Origin: Anaerolineaceae bacterium
Lineage (GTDB): Bacteria > Chloroflexota > Anaerolineae > Anaerolineales > UBA11657
Direction of reading: 5' to 3'
Assembly (NCBI GenBank): GCA_003569365.1
Contig: BGOS01000020.1
Span: forward strand, 4,050-68,049
Length of the DNA: 64,000 bases
Shown here piece by piece: positions 10,001 to 19,218 of this stretch (position 1 is the first letter of the stretch; each line of letters begins with the position of its first letter). The notes under the pieces were generated by a model. It ran no database searches and was not told the DNA's origin. It was given only the letters and a program-made list of their open reading frames with translations. The translations under genes and the position numbers were made by a program.

Positions 10001-11627
10001 TGCCCGGCAGCAGCCCAATCGGCAGGCCCGCTGCTTTGTCAAACACCACCTGCAGCGGCGGCACCACGCCCAGCTGCTTGTTGTCCGGCCCGTAAAACGC
10101 CACCGCCTGCGGCCCCAGCAGCTGCTGCTCGGCACGCGCCAGCAGCGCTGCCAGCGTGGCCGGCGCGCCGCTCAATGGTGTTTCTGGTATCGCTGTGCTG
10201 TCTGCCACCGCCAGGCCGGCGGCGTAAATGTTCAACTCCGGCTGCGCTGCCAGCAGCACAGCTGCGGTGTCTTGCGCTGCAAGCGCCTCCAGTGCGCTTG
10301 CACCCACCAGCAGCGGCGCCTTCACTCCGCCGATGCTTATGCTGTCCGGCAGCGTGCCGCCCAGCAGCGCCTGCGCTGCCTTCAAGTCTTCGCCCAGCAT
10401 GGCTTGCGCCTGCGGTGCTTGCACTGCGGCCAGCAGCGCTGCCGTTGCATCGCTGCCAGCCAGCGCTGCAAGTGACTGTGTGCCACCCAAGGCAGCAGCT
10501 GATACAACACTCAACAGCTGCGCACCCGCGCCGCTCAGCACTTCTGGCGGCAGCAAGCCCACCGGCAGCCATGAAAGTGCCGTGCCGTCTTCGCCGGCGG
10601 TCACTTCCGCCAGAAACGGCTTCAACAACTTGCTCTCTGCATCCAGCGCCAATCCGCCCGCCACCCCGCTGCCGCGCAGCAAGTTCAGGCGGCTTACGCC
10701 CGCTTCAAACAATGTGCCCGTTACCGAGAACACGCCCGTGGGCAGCTCGACCAAAAATGCCGAGTCAGCACCCGCCAGCGGCCCGTTTACATCAAACAGC
10801 GCTTTGCCCGCAAAGATGCGGAACGCCGCTTGTGTGCGCGGCACTGCTGCATCGTGCTGGTACATGCGCACCTGCAGCGTGGTTACCGGCTTCACCAAAA
10901 TGCGCGACCCGTCAATCAAATCCAGCCGCACTGTTGAAAGCTGGAAGGTGCGCAGCTGCGTGCCCGGCCGCAGCGCTGCCTGTGGCAGCAGCAGCTGCTC
11001 CCACGTCTCGCTGCCCGGCAGCAGCAGCTCCACGCGCCCGCCCAGCACCGTCAGCACCACATCACCCGTTACCTTTTCCACCACCAGCGCCGGCGCGGGT
11101 GTGGCCACCAGCGGCATGGGGCCCGTAGCCAGACGCGCTGCTTGCTCCGCATCCGGCAGCACTTCCGCTTCACGCCCAAACAACCAGTTGATGAAACCCA
11201 GCCACCACTGCAGCGGCAGCTGCCACCATGCCATGTCCGGCTCTGCTGCTGCACCGCCTTCCGCTGCGCTTTGAACTGCGGCTACCGGCTGCGCTGTGGC
11301 TGCTGCGGCGGGCTGCATGGTGGGCGCGGGCTGCAGTGTGCCGCGCGGTGGAGCGCCCGCCACCGCAGTCAGGCGCGTGTTTAGCGCAGCTGACTGGCTG
11401 CTGCTGCCTTCAATCGGTGCCGACCCGGCCGGGTAGCAGGCCGAAAGCAGCATGCCGCTAATCGCCAGGGTGGCGGCTGCGCGCTGCATGCGGCGCTGCG
11501 CAATTAGGTTCATAAATGAAGGTTGAGTAGGGATTGCTTCGCCAAGGCGCGCTGCCAGGCCGCGCAGTACGCGCGCGGTTGTCAGCACAAAAATTATGGC
11601 GACTGCCGTAAAAACAAGATTTTGCAA
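6909..11627 (-). CDS. N-terminal part of giant surface protein: two FecR-like domains, Met/Gly-rich region, FG repeats (frameshift near 7019)
   Basis: Two FecR-like segments (G..LRT...STVRLDLIDGSRI...SVTGTLF; G..VLTSADSGVRLQLSEGTVVRL...ASVRGS...CLEG). Lipobox-like LSAC if translation starts at 11513. About 20 GFG motifs. Confidence 0.85.
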   Translation of the reverse strand: MQNLVFTAVAIIFVLTTARVLRGLAARLGEAIPTQPSFMNLIAQRRMQRAAATLAISGMLLSACYPAGSAPIEGSSSQSAALNTRLTAVAGAPPRGTLQPAPTMQPAAAATAQPVAAVQSAAEGGAAAEPDMAWWQLPLQWWLGFINWLFGREAEVLPDAEQAARLATGPMPLVATPAPALVVEKVTGDVVLTVLGGRVELLLPGSETWEQLLLPQAALRPGTQLRTFQLSTVRLDLIDGSRILVKPVTTLQVRMYQHDAAVPRTQAAFRIFAGKALFDVNGPLAGADSAFLVELPTGVFSVTGTLFEAGVSRLNLLRGSGVAGGLALDAESKLLKPFLAEVTAGEDGTALSWLPVGLLPPEVLSGAGAQLLSVVSAAALGGTQSLAALAGSDATAALLAAVQAPQAQAMLGEDLKAAQALLGGTLPDSISIGGVKAPLLVGASALEALAAQDTAAVLLAAQPELNIYAAGLAVADSTAIPETPLSGAPATLAALLARAEQQLLGPQAVAFYGPDNKQLGVVPPLQVVFDKAAGLPIGLLPGTPQSVDGTPLTREQLQAIAAPAFGQLFMLDVNTGLPVGVGGGQLAVLDIVDQLTVADMRGLRQLPLVPPITYDPNLQAMRPSIVLFASGAFAGFLGLDEELMSAAGGAALQVPDLPGMAYAEDGSLSGQSDVNFITWDAAGLPREWMVSDPFLRNEDGSVLGVQPPPALLVGPDGNQIGLNQSDVVYFPRPKPKVAECKAVGANATDRTASLCELKGKVQTGESDAAGNVQTRTLADATEGQLVQPGFQVLTSADSGVRLQLSEGTVVRLSADSQFSLTKFEDKAPGDPYTLLKLDFGKVWTVLNGGSLEIETAGGVASVRGSMIGLEMKAGETTPTETCLEGACTLKAGGVEIKVAPGFAAAIPPGGGAPAVTGEMSVADAGAWATNAPEAIVAMPGVFPPDKLLSVVQALGDSFAAAGAAGGAAGGAAANLSVLNGLTSLMSVLPAETLAKAIDALPVATLMQTVADPNALPKDKLGGLIVVDSSGVAKTPDQFMMGQAVRNEDGSVGGVQFLGRGAAFDSKFFEMGLALPVAEIRIAMVDPSGNIGTLAMYAEPVFDAKGNWAGMLPPPAIMFDALGQAAGMQAGQIQLAASFMLANMGPGAAQGPMQFNTASGEKLGSMDLTGLAAGALGGFGAGGGFGAGPAMTFAGDAGPRMNFAMDGMFVPGVGVVDMADMGKYAGAPGMGSFAMPTFTDAAGGTFFAPTTAAMPAGFFNYEATGFGAGGGAGPQMMDFKFENFGSKMGALAATGGAEGMSFMALPQDYVLPPSAMMGPAPGANMFTMAASMMNAPPGADGAGTAGMGMFSMLTTSMNAGGGGGMAAFFDPFGGKSVAGGASDATSGGGTAGVGNTGGFGSTGGFGDASGGFGNTSGGFGNTGGFGNTGGFGSTGGFGDTSGGFGNTGGFGSAGGFGDTAAAGTTGFGNTGGFGSTGGFGDTSGGFGNTGGFGSTGGLDKTGGFGNTGGFGNTGGFGDKAAAGTTGFGTTAAAGTTGSALQQLPALRAMALQQLPALRALAARSQHITIRCNM

Positions 11628-12019
11628 ACTATCCCCCGCAGTTGCAAACGGATGGACAACGTGTTAAGCAGTGTAGCATGCGTGTCAACAGTGCCGATGC
11701 TGTTTGGTTTGCGGCATTTACCGCCACACGGGGCGTTTCTCCGCCGCACCAGCCCAGTACCCCACGCCCGCTCCGCTTTTGTTAACGGCAGTAAATCTAG
11801 TTGCACGCCCCCTGATTGGCATGCTGCACAATTGTTGCACCCAATTCTGGACCAATATAATGAAGGCTTTGCTTCCAACCGTGGGTCTCGGAGCCGGTTG
11901 CAGGGTGCAAAAAAGCGCGGCTCGGCCGGCAGCGGGCCCAATGCCGCACACCTGATCGCCATTCAGCCAGCCAGTGAAAATTTCACGCGCTGCCGCTTAC
12001 CAGCACCGTGTGGCTGCTA

Positions 12020-12035
12020 CCTTTCACGGGAAACG
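12020..12035. promoter_or_regulatory. parS-like site (degenerate)
   Basis: CCTTTCACGGGAAACG; same core as the 5581 and 12168 sites. Confidence 0.55.
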
Positions 12036-12167
12036 CGCGCAATGTAGAGCGGCCAGCGCTGCAGTACAGCGGGGCTTGTACAACCCGGCGCACGCTGCGG
12101 AATGGGCGTCGCAATGTTGTTGATTGCCCTGCCGCACGCAGTATTCTTAAATTAATGCGCTGGTTTA

Positions 12168-12183
12168 TGTTTCACGGGAAACA
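12168..12183. promoter_or_regulatory. parS site
   Basis: TGTTTCACGGGAAACA, 1 mismatch to canonical parS; intergenic. Confidence 0.8.
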
Positions 12184-12209
12184 TTTGCGCGCGGCAGGCG
12201 CAACTGCGG

Positions 12210-13217
12210 TTACGCAGTCAGCTCCGCCACCAGCAGCTCCAGCCCGGTGCGCGGCTCAGTGCCGGATTTCATAGCCACATCCAACTGCGCCAGGCGCGCA
12301 TAGATGGCCTCCAGCGCGGGCAGCGTGTAGCGCCGCGCCTGCGTGCCCAGCTTTTGCGCCACAAACGGATGCACCTTCAGTGCACTTTGCAGTTCGGCGG
12401 CCGCAGCACCGCTGTCCAGCACTTCGCGTGCCTGCAGCAGCAGGCGGTACTGGCGCACAATCATCGGAAAAACTTCGAACAACGGCTGCAACGCGTCGTG
12501 GGTCAGCAGTTTGTCCAAGCAGGCGTGCGCCCGGCGCGCATCGCGCTCTGCCAGCGCATCCACCAGCACCCAAATCGTTCCCTGTCCCGCAGCCGGTGTG
12601 GTTTGTTCAACGTCTGCGGGTTGTACAGGACGTTCCCAATTCACAAAGGCGAGCAGTTTATGCACTTCGCCTGCCAACCGGCGCGGTTCGGGCCCGATAG
12701 CTGCTGCCAGAGCGCGCGCCGCTGCCGGGCTGAAGACGCCACCCGCTGCGCGGGCGCGCTGTACAACCCACTGCGCCAGCTCATCATCTTTAGTCGGTAC
12801 AGTGCAAAAATGCTCCACATACCCCGCCACTTTGCGCGCCGCCTTTAGCAGCCGGCTGTTTTCCGGCAGCTTACGCGCGTCCAGCAGCACCAGCGTGGTG
12901 AATGGCGGCAGCTGCGGCAGGTAATCCACCAGCGCAGACACCAACCCGCCCTTGCCGGCAGCGGGCTCTTCGCCTTCCGCGCTTTTGCCGCCCGCGTTGT
13001 GCAGCACCACCAGCCGGCGCGGGCTCAAAAATGGCAGCGCAGCGCACACGCCGCGCACTTCCGCCATGCCCGCTTTGCGCCCGTCAAACTCGCTGATGTT
13101 CAGGTTGAAGTCCGGCAGCGCGCGCAGCTGCTGCAGGTGCTCGCTGATTGCAAACTCGTCGTCGCCGTGCAGCACCACCAGCGGCGGTGGCGGCGCGCCT
13201 TCAGCTTTGCGCTTCAT
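12210..13217 (-). CDS. holA: DNA polymerase III subunit delta
   Basis: LHGDDEF, LPFLSPRRLVV, IWVLVDAL, MIVRQYRLL, HPFVAQK, D..MKSG motifs. Start chosen at MKRKA (ORF track starts at 13250). Confidence 0.9.
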   Translation of the reverse strand: MKRKAEGAPPPPLVVLHGDDEFAISEHLQQLRALPDFNLNISEFDGRKAGMAEVRGVCAALPFLSPRRLVVLHNAGGKSAEGEEPAAGKGGLVSALVDYLPQLPPFTTLVLLDARKLPENSRLLKAARKVAGYVEHFCTVPTKDDELAQWVVQRARAAGGVFSPAAARALAAAIGPEPRRLAGEVHKLLAFVNWERPVQPADVEQTTPAAGQGTIWVLVDALAERDARRAHACLDKLLTHDALQPLFEVFPMIVRQYRLLLQAREVLDSGAAAAELQSALKVHPFVAQKLGTQARRYTLPALEAIYARLAQLDVAMKSGTEPRTGLELLVAELTA

Positions 13218-13770
13218 TGCCCACCGGCGCGTTTTCCGGCAGCGCTGCACCCGCGTGCGTCTGCACGCGGTGGCGCACTTGGCCGGCGCGCTCTGTGCGC
13301 GTCACACTAACAATGCGCAGCGCACCCATTGCACTGCTGGTGGTAAGGCTGCGCTGCGCCGCATAGCCCAGCGGGCGCGCCGCAAGCAGTGCCAAAGGCA
13401 GCAGGCCCGCCAGCAGCGGGATGCGCAGCAGGCGCGCCAGCCGGCCGCTGCCGGCAGTGGCCACGCGCGCGGCCAGCGCAGCCAGCAACCCGGCTGCCAC
13501 CAGATTGGTGCCGCAGTTGGGATGCAACGCCAGCTGCTGCTCGCCGCTGCGCAGGCGCTGCAGCGCGCTATGCGCCGCCGCCTGCACGGCCGCGCCCGGC
13601 ACGCTGCCATACAGCACAAAGCCGCGCGCATCAGCGCGCCCGGCCAGCATTGCGTGCGGAAACTGCTGCGCCAGCACATGCAGCGTTGCGTGCTCCAGCG
13701 CATGGTTGCGGCGCAGCGCCTGCAGCAGCTGCGCCAGCAGGGCCCCGGTTATTTGCAGCGCACTGCTCAT
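13201..13770 (-). CDS. DUF6391-like conserved membrane-associated protein
   Basis: RRNHALEHAT and LALHPNCGTN motifs; two hydrophobic segments. Confidence 0.7.
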   Translation of the reverse strand: MSSALQITGALLAQLLQALRRNHALEHATLHVLAQQFPHAMLAGRADARGFVLYGSVPGAAVQAAAHSALQRLRSGEQQLALHPNCGTNLVAAGLLAALAARVATAGSGRLARLLRIPLLAGLLPLALLAARPLGYAAQRSLTTSSAMGALRIVSVTRTERAGQVRHRVQTHAGAALPENAPVGNEAQS

Positions 13771-13801
13771 GGCGCGCATTTTACATTGGCGTTGCGCTGC
13801 A

Positions 13802-16655
13802 TCACAGCAGGCTCACCGGATCCACTTCCACGCGCCAGCCGGCGGGCAGTGGCACATCCAGCAGCACCGCGGGCAGCGCGCCGCGCAGCACAATCTGCCA
13901 GCGGTGCAGGCCGTTCACGCGCTGGTAAAAGCACGGCACCGGCCCGATGATGTCCACATCCGCAGCGCGCTGCGCTTGCAGCGCTGCGCCCAGCGTTTGC
14001 GCTGCCGCCTGCAGCACATCGGCGCGCACATGCTGCCCCACCAGGCGCGCCACGCGCCCAAAGGGCGGATAGCCGTGATTGCGGCGCAGCGCCAGCTCCT
14101 GCTTGTAAAACGCGGCGTAGTCGTGCGCGGCTGCGGCCTGAATGGCAAAGTGTTCCGGTTGGTAAGTTTGCAGCACCACCTGCCCGGCGCGCTGCCCGCG
14201 GCCGGCGCGCCCCGCCACTTGCAGCAGCACGCTGAACACGCGCTCGCTGGCGCGGTAGTCCGGCATCGCCAGGCCGGTGTCTGCGGACACCACGCCCACC
14301 AGCGTCACCAGCGGCAGGTCCAGCCCCTTTGCAATCATCTGCGTGCCAATCAACACATCCGCTGCATGCGCTGCAAATTGCTGCAGGATGGCAGCATGCG
14401 CGCCGCGCTGGCGCGTGCTGTCTGCGTCCCAGCGCACAGCGCGCACACCGGGGAACGCCACCTGCAGCGCGGACTCCACCGCCTCCGTGCCCAGCCCAAA
14501 GTGGCGGATGCGCGCAGCTCTGGCACTTGGGGCAGGCGGCGGGCGCTGCGCGCTGCGCATTGCAGTGGTGGCACAGCAGGCGCTCCGGTGCAGTGTGAAA
14601 AGTGTAGGCAATGTTGCAGCGCGGGCACTGCAGCACATGCCCGCAGTCACGGCAGAAAACATAAGTCGCCTGCCCGCGCCGGTTTAAAAACAAAATCGCC
14701 TGCTCGCCGCGCTGCAGTACCTGCGCCAGTTGGCTCGCCAGTAAACGGCTGAAAATAGAGCGGTTTCCAGCGCGCAGCTCATGGCGCATATCCACCACAT
14801 GCACCGGCGGCAGCGGCGCGTACTGCGCGGCTGCTGCGCCCGTGCCAGTGGCCGCTGCATGCGCCAGAATGCGGCGCGGCAGGGACAGCAGCGTATATGC
14901 GCCCTGCTGCGCCCGAAAGCTGTCCACCACATCCGGTGTGGCGCTGCCCAAAATGCAAACCGCAGCGCACTGGCGCGCGCGTTCAATCGCTGCCGTGCGC
15001 GCGTGGTAGTAAGGCACGCTGTCCTGCCAGTACGCCTGGTCGTGCGCCTCGTCCACCACAATCACGCCCACATCGCGCAGCGGCGCAAACAAAGCCGAGC
15101 GCGGCCCGATCACCACATCCAGCGCACCGGAGCGCACGCGCCGCCAGCTGTCGTAGCGTTCGTTGGGCGTCAGCCGGCTGTGCAGCACAGCCACGCGCCC
15201 GGCAAAGCGCGCCATGAAGCGCCGCACTGTTTGCGGCGTCAGCGCAATCTCCGGCACCAGCACAATTGCGCCGCGTCCGCGGCGCAGCGCCTCGGCCACA
15301 GCGCGCAAATATATTTCGGTTTTGCCGGAGCCGGTTACGCCGTGCAGCAGCAGCGGCTTTATGCGGCGCGGCGGCGGCGCTTCAAATGCTGCGTGCACGG
15401 CAGCCCAAACAGCTGCCTGCTCGTCCGTCAGTGCCAGCGCTGCATCCGGCGCCACCTGCACGGCAGCCAGCGGATCATGCAGCACTTCCACCGCATCCAG
15501 GTCTATCAAGCCCAGCTCTGCCAGCTGCGCCAGTTCCGGCAGCGTAACGCCCGTGCGTTCGCGCAGCAGCGCCACGGGCAGCGGGCCGCCAGCATGCAGT
15601 GCCAGCTCAGCCAGCGCTTGGGCGCGGCGCGTGGCGCCGCGCAGCTCCAGCAGCTGCGCGCGTGCCTGCAGCACTGTGCCCGTCAGGCGCAAGCACTGCG
15701 GGTTTGTGGAGCAGTGCGCCAGCCCCAGCGCAGCCAGCTGCGCAGCGCCTGCTGCCTGCGGCAGTGCGCCGTTCGCAGCCAGCAGTTCAGCCAGCGCTGC
15801 GCCGGCTTCCGGCTGCGCCTGCGCGTGCGCTGCCAGCCACGCCGCTGCCACAGGCGCCGGCACAGCCAGCGCCATCACTGCCGCTTGCGGCAGCACTTGC
15901 AGCACACCGCGTTCCACCAGGCGCAACACTTGCGCCCGCGTGCAGCCGCTGGCTGTTTGCGCGGCTTGCAGTTCCGGCTGGCCGGGCCACAGGTCTATCA
16001 GCTGCGCCAGCAGCGCTGCGCTTGCGCTGGGCCTGCCCAGTTGCAGCTGCACAGCTGCCAGGCCTTGCCCCCGGCTGCGCACCGTCAAGCGCGCCGTTTT
16101 TGCATGCCGCACTTGCACCGCGGGCGCATCCAGCAGCGCCGTCTTGCTCACGCAGCCATTGCGCACCAGGCGCTCCAGCACCGGGCGCCACGCCACGCGC
16201 GGCAGTGCGCGCTGCAGTTGGCGGCCGCGCAGTGCGCCGCGTTCACGCAACAACGCCAGCACGCGCTGCTGCAGCGCGCCGGCGCGCGCAGTCACCACCG
16301 GCTCGCGCAGCAGTTGGTACTCCGCATCCGCGCGCTGCGCCAGGCCGGGCGGCAGCATCAGGTTTACGCACTCAATCAGGGCAGCCCGCGTCTCGCGCGC
16401 CAGCCACTGCGCCAGCCCCAATTGTTCCGCGCTCAGCACCGGCTCCGCATCCAGCAGCGCCTCCACCGCCTTAAACTCCGCCACACCCGTTGGGGCATCC
16501 GCGGCCACCGCCAGCACCACGCCCTGCACGCGCTGCTTTCCAAACGGCACCACCACCAAATGGCCGGCGCGCAAAGTGCCCGCCAGAACCGGCGGCACTA
16601 GATAATGAAAAGAATGTGTGAGGGAAGGGACGTTGGGGAGAATTTCGGCGTACAT
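13802..16655 (-). CDS. priA: Primosomal protein N' (replication restart helicase), apparent frameshift near 14516
   Basis: GVTGSGKTE, LVPEIALTPQ, DEAH, SATP, LNRRG and Zn-finger Cys pairs in ORF 13767..16655. C-terminal motifs GTQMIAKGLD, QVAGRAGR, YPPF and EVDP are in the overlapping ORF 13802..14662. Confidence 0.93.
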
Positions 16656-16750
16656 AGTGCGCCAACCGCATTGTTCTGCGGCTGCTAACCAGCCTGTGGG
16701 CTGTTTTTAATTATAGAGGGCGGCGCTGCCTGCGGGCCGGCCGCAGCCGA

Positions 16751-17521
16751 TTAACGCGCCAGCCGCGCAGCCAGCACTGCCGCCAAGGCCACCACTGCAC
16801 TCGCAGCCGGCAGTACCCACCAGGCTGTGCCGGCGCGGTTGCCATCCACCACTTGTGGTTGGCCGCTATCCGCGCCCGGCTGCAGCACCCAGCGCGGTGC
16901 AATCACCGCTGCCAGCGCAGCGCCACCCGCCAGCCCGCCGGCATGCGCCCAGCCGTCAATGAACGGCAGCAAACCCAACCCCAGATTTAGCAGCAGCGTG
17001 CTGCCAATATTTTGCAGCCGCCGTTTTCCCAGCGCGCCAAACGCAGCACGATTGCGCAGCAGGTAAACCGCCAGTGCGCCAATCAAGCCAAACAGCGCGC
17101 CCGAAGCACCCACCGAGTTTGCGTCCGTAAATAAAAAGCTGGCGAGTATGCTGCACACCCCTGCCAGCATGTACAGCGCCGCAAAGCGCACATGCCCAAA
17201 CGCTTTCTCCACTTCCGGCCCGATGATGTAGAGCGTGTAGCAATTGACCGCCACATGCACTAGGTTGCCATGCAAAAACAATGGCGTCACAAAGCGCCAG
17301 TACTGCCCGGCAATGATGGCAGCGTTTACTTTGGCGCCCAGCGCTTGAATAACCAGCGGCCAGCGCGCGTCCAGCCACCAGCCCAATGCCTGCTGCAATG
17401 CAAAGACGGCAATGTTCGCAGACAAAAATACGTAGCACCAATACGGCGCCGCGCCGGGGATTGCGTACTGGCGGGTGCCGGACTGCGCTGCCGCGCCGCT
17501 GGCTGCGGGCTCCCCGCTCAC
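16751..17521 (-). CDS. Rhomboid family intramembrane serine protease
   Basis: GQYWRFVTPLFLH, HxxxN, GASG, and AHAGG catalytic His. Confidence 0.92.
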   Translation of the reverse strand: MSGEPAASGAAAQSGTRQYAIPGAAPYWCYVFLSANIAVFALQQALGWWLDARWPLVIQALGAKVNAAIIAGQYWRFVTPLFLHGNLVHVAVNCYTLYIIGPEVEKAFGHVRFAALYMLAGVCSILASFLFTDANSVGASGALFGLIGALAVYLLRNRAAFGALGKRRLQNIGSTLLLNLGLGLLPFIDGWAHAGGLAGGAALAAVIAPRWVLQPGADSGQPQVVDGNRAGTAWWVLPAASAVVALAAVLAARLAR

Positions 17522-18132
17522 AAGCTGATGGCCGGGCGGTTCACCTTGTGGCGCTCGGCCACCAATATTCCCTCAATCACAGCCACGGCTTGGTCAAGAT
17601 CTTTGTCATCGTTGGGAACGCAGTAATCAAACTCCGGCACGCGCTGCAGCTCCTGGCGCGCCATGGAAAGGCGCATGCGCTGCTTGTCCTCCGTCTCCGT
17701 CTGGCGCCCGGCCAGGCGGCGCTCCAGCTCCTGCTCGGACTCCACGGTTAGAAAGATCAGCACCGCAGCCGGCTGCAGCTGCTTGATGCGTGCCGCGCCC
17801 TGCACATCCAGGCGCATCACCACATCCTTGCCGCTGGCCAGTGCAGCCGCCACCTGCTGCTTGGGGACGCCCTTGTACTCGCCGTACACCACCGCGTACT
17901 CCAGCAGCGCGCCCGCATCAATCATGCGCGCAAACTCCGCCATGGCGCAAAAGTTGTAGTCCACGCCCTCCACCTCGCTGCTGCGCCGCGCGCGCGTGGT
18001 GGTTGTCACCACAAAATGCAGCTGCGCGTTGCGCTGCTGCAGGCGCCGCACCACGCTGTCCTTGCCCACGCCCGCCGGGCCGGAAATGACAATCAGCAGC
18101 CGCTGCTGCACCGGAATAGTTTGCGGATTCAT
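17518..18132 (-). CDS. gmk: Guanylate kinase
   Basis: SGPAGVGKD, TTR..R..EVEGVDYNF, DVQGA. Confidence 0.95.
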   Translation of the reverse strand: MNPQTIPVQQRLLIVISGPAGVGKDSVVRRLQQRNAQLHFVVTTTTRARRSSEVEGVDYNFCAMAEFARMIDAGALLEYAVVYGEYKGVPKQQVAAALASGKDVVMRLDVQGAARIKQLQPAAVLIFLTVESEQELERRLAGRQTETEDKQRMRLSMARQELQRVPEFDYCVPNDDKDLDQAVAVIEGILVAERHKVNRPAISL

Positions 18133-18190
18133 TTTGCGCTCTGCACCAGAAGTGCTATTATATTCACGCGGGCACCGGGGAACACCATCA

Positions 18191-18589
18191 ATGCCACTTT
18201 ATGAATATCGCTGCCTGGCATGCGCTGCGCCGGTTTCCATTCGCATGACGTATGCCGAATTTGACACGGCCAAGCCCAAATGCCCGCAATGCAAAAGCCC
18301 CAAACTGCAGCGCCACCTCTCGCGCGTGCGTGTGCTGCGCTCGGAAGATTCACGCATGGAGCAGCTCTCAGATCCGTCCAACTTCAATGACATTGACGAG
18401 AACGATCCAAAATCGGTGGGGCGCTTCATGCGCCGCATGGGCGGCGAAATGGGCGAAGACATGGGCGGCGAATTTAATGAGATGGCCGGGCGGCTGGAGG
18501 CGGGCGAAGACCCGCAGTCAATTGAGAACGAGCTGGGCCTCGGCGGCGCCGGGGATGGCGGCGGCGGAGCGGGCGACTTCGACGACTAG
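18191..18589 (+). CDS. FmdB family zinc-ribbon protein
   Basis: MPLYEYRCxxC...CPxC N-terminus and acidic helical C-terminus; ATG at 18191. Confidence 0.88.
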   Translation: MPLYEYRCLACAAPVSIRMTYAEFDTAKPKCPQCKSPKLQRHLSRVRVLRSEDSRMEQLSDPSNFNDIDENDPKSVGRFMRRMGGEMGEDMGGEFNEMAGRLEAGEDPQSIENELGLGGAGDGGGGAGDFDD

Positions 18590-19218
18590 CGGCCGGCGGC
18601 AGCCAGCCGCGCCAGCACATGCTGCAGCACTGCAGCTTGCAGCTGCGCCGCGCCGGCGCTGGCATCCAGCACCACCCAGCGTGCGGGCTCGGCAGCTGCC
18701 AGCTGCAAAAAGCCCGTGCGCACGCGCTCATGAAAATCCAGCGCGTAGCCATCCAGCCGGTTCCATTGCCCGCCCTGCGCGCGCCGCCGCTGCAAGCCGG
18801 CCTGCGCATCAATGTCCATCAAAAATGTCAAGTCCGGCACGCGCCCGCCGGTTGCCAGGCGCGTGGTGCGCTGCAGCTCTGCCAGATCCAGCCGGTGGCC
18901 GTAGCCCTGGTACGCCAGGCTCGAGTCGTAAAAGCGGTCGCACAAGACCACGCCGCCGCGCGCCAGCTGCGGCTCAATCACCTCGCGCACCAGCTGCGCA
19001 CGCGACGCGCTGAAAAGCAGGAACTCCGTTTGCGGCTGCATGCCCGCACTGCCGTGGTCCAGCAGCAGCTGGCGCACCTGGTTGCCAATCGGCGTGCCGC
19101 CCGGCTCGCGCGTGTTGACTACGGAATGGCCGGCGGCAGACAGGGCATCCGCCAGCTGCTGCGCCTGCGTTGTTTTGCCGCCGCCCTCGGGCCCCTCAAA
19201 GCTTACAAACAAACTCAC
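18586..19218 (-). CDS. tmk: Thymidylate kinase
   Basis: FEGPEGGGKTT, REPGG, DRFYDSSLAYQG. Confidence 0.95.
   Translation of the reverse strand: MSLFVSFEGPEGGGKTTQAQQLADALSAAGHSVVNTREPGGTPIGNQVRQLLLDHGSAGMQPQTEFLLFSASRAQLVREVIEPQLARGGVVLCDRFYDSSLAYQGYGHRLDLAELQRTTRLATGGRVPDLTFLMDIDAQAGLQRRRAQGGQWNRLDGYALDFHERVRTGFLQLAAAEPARWVVLDASAGAAQLQAAVLQHVLARLAAAGR

Noticed and set aside
12078-12086. GTACAACCC core of the repeat unit recurring near 12078, 12618, 12761, 23631 and 34271
   Set aside because: Only 9-11 bp long, and several copies are simply Val-Gln-Pro codons inside genes.
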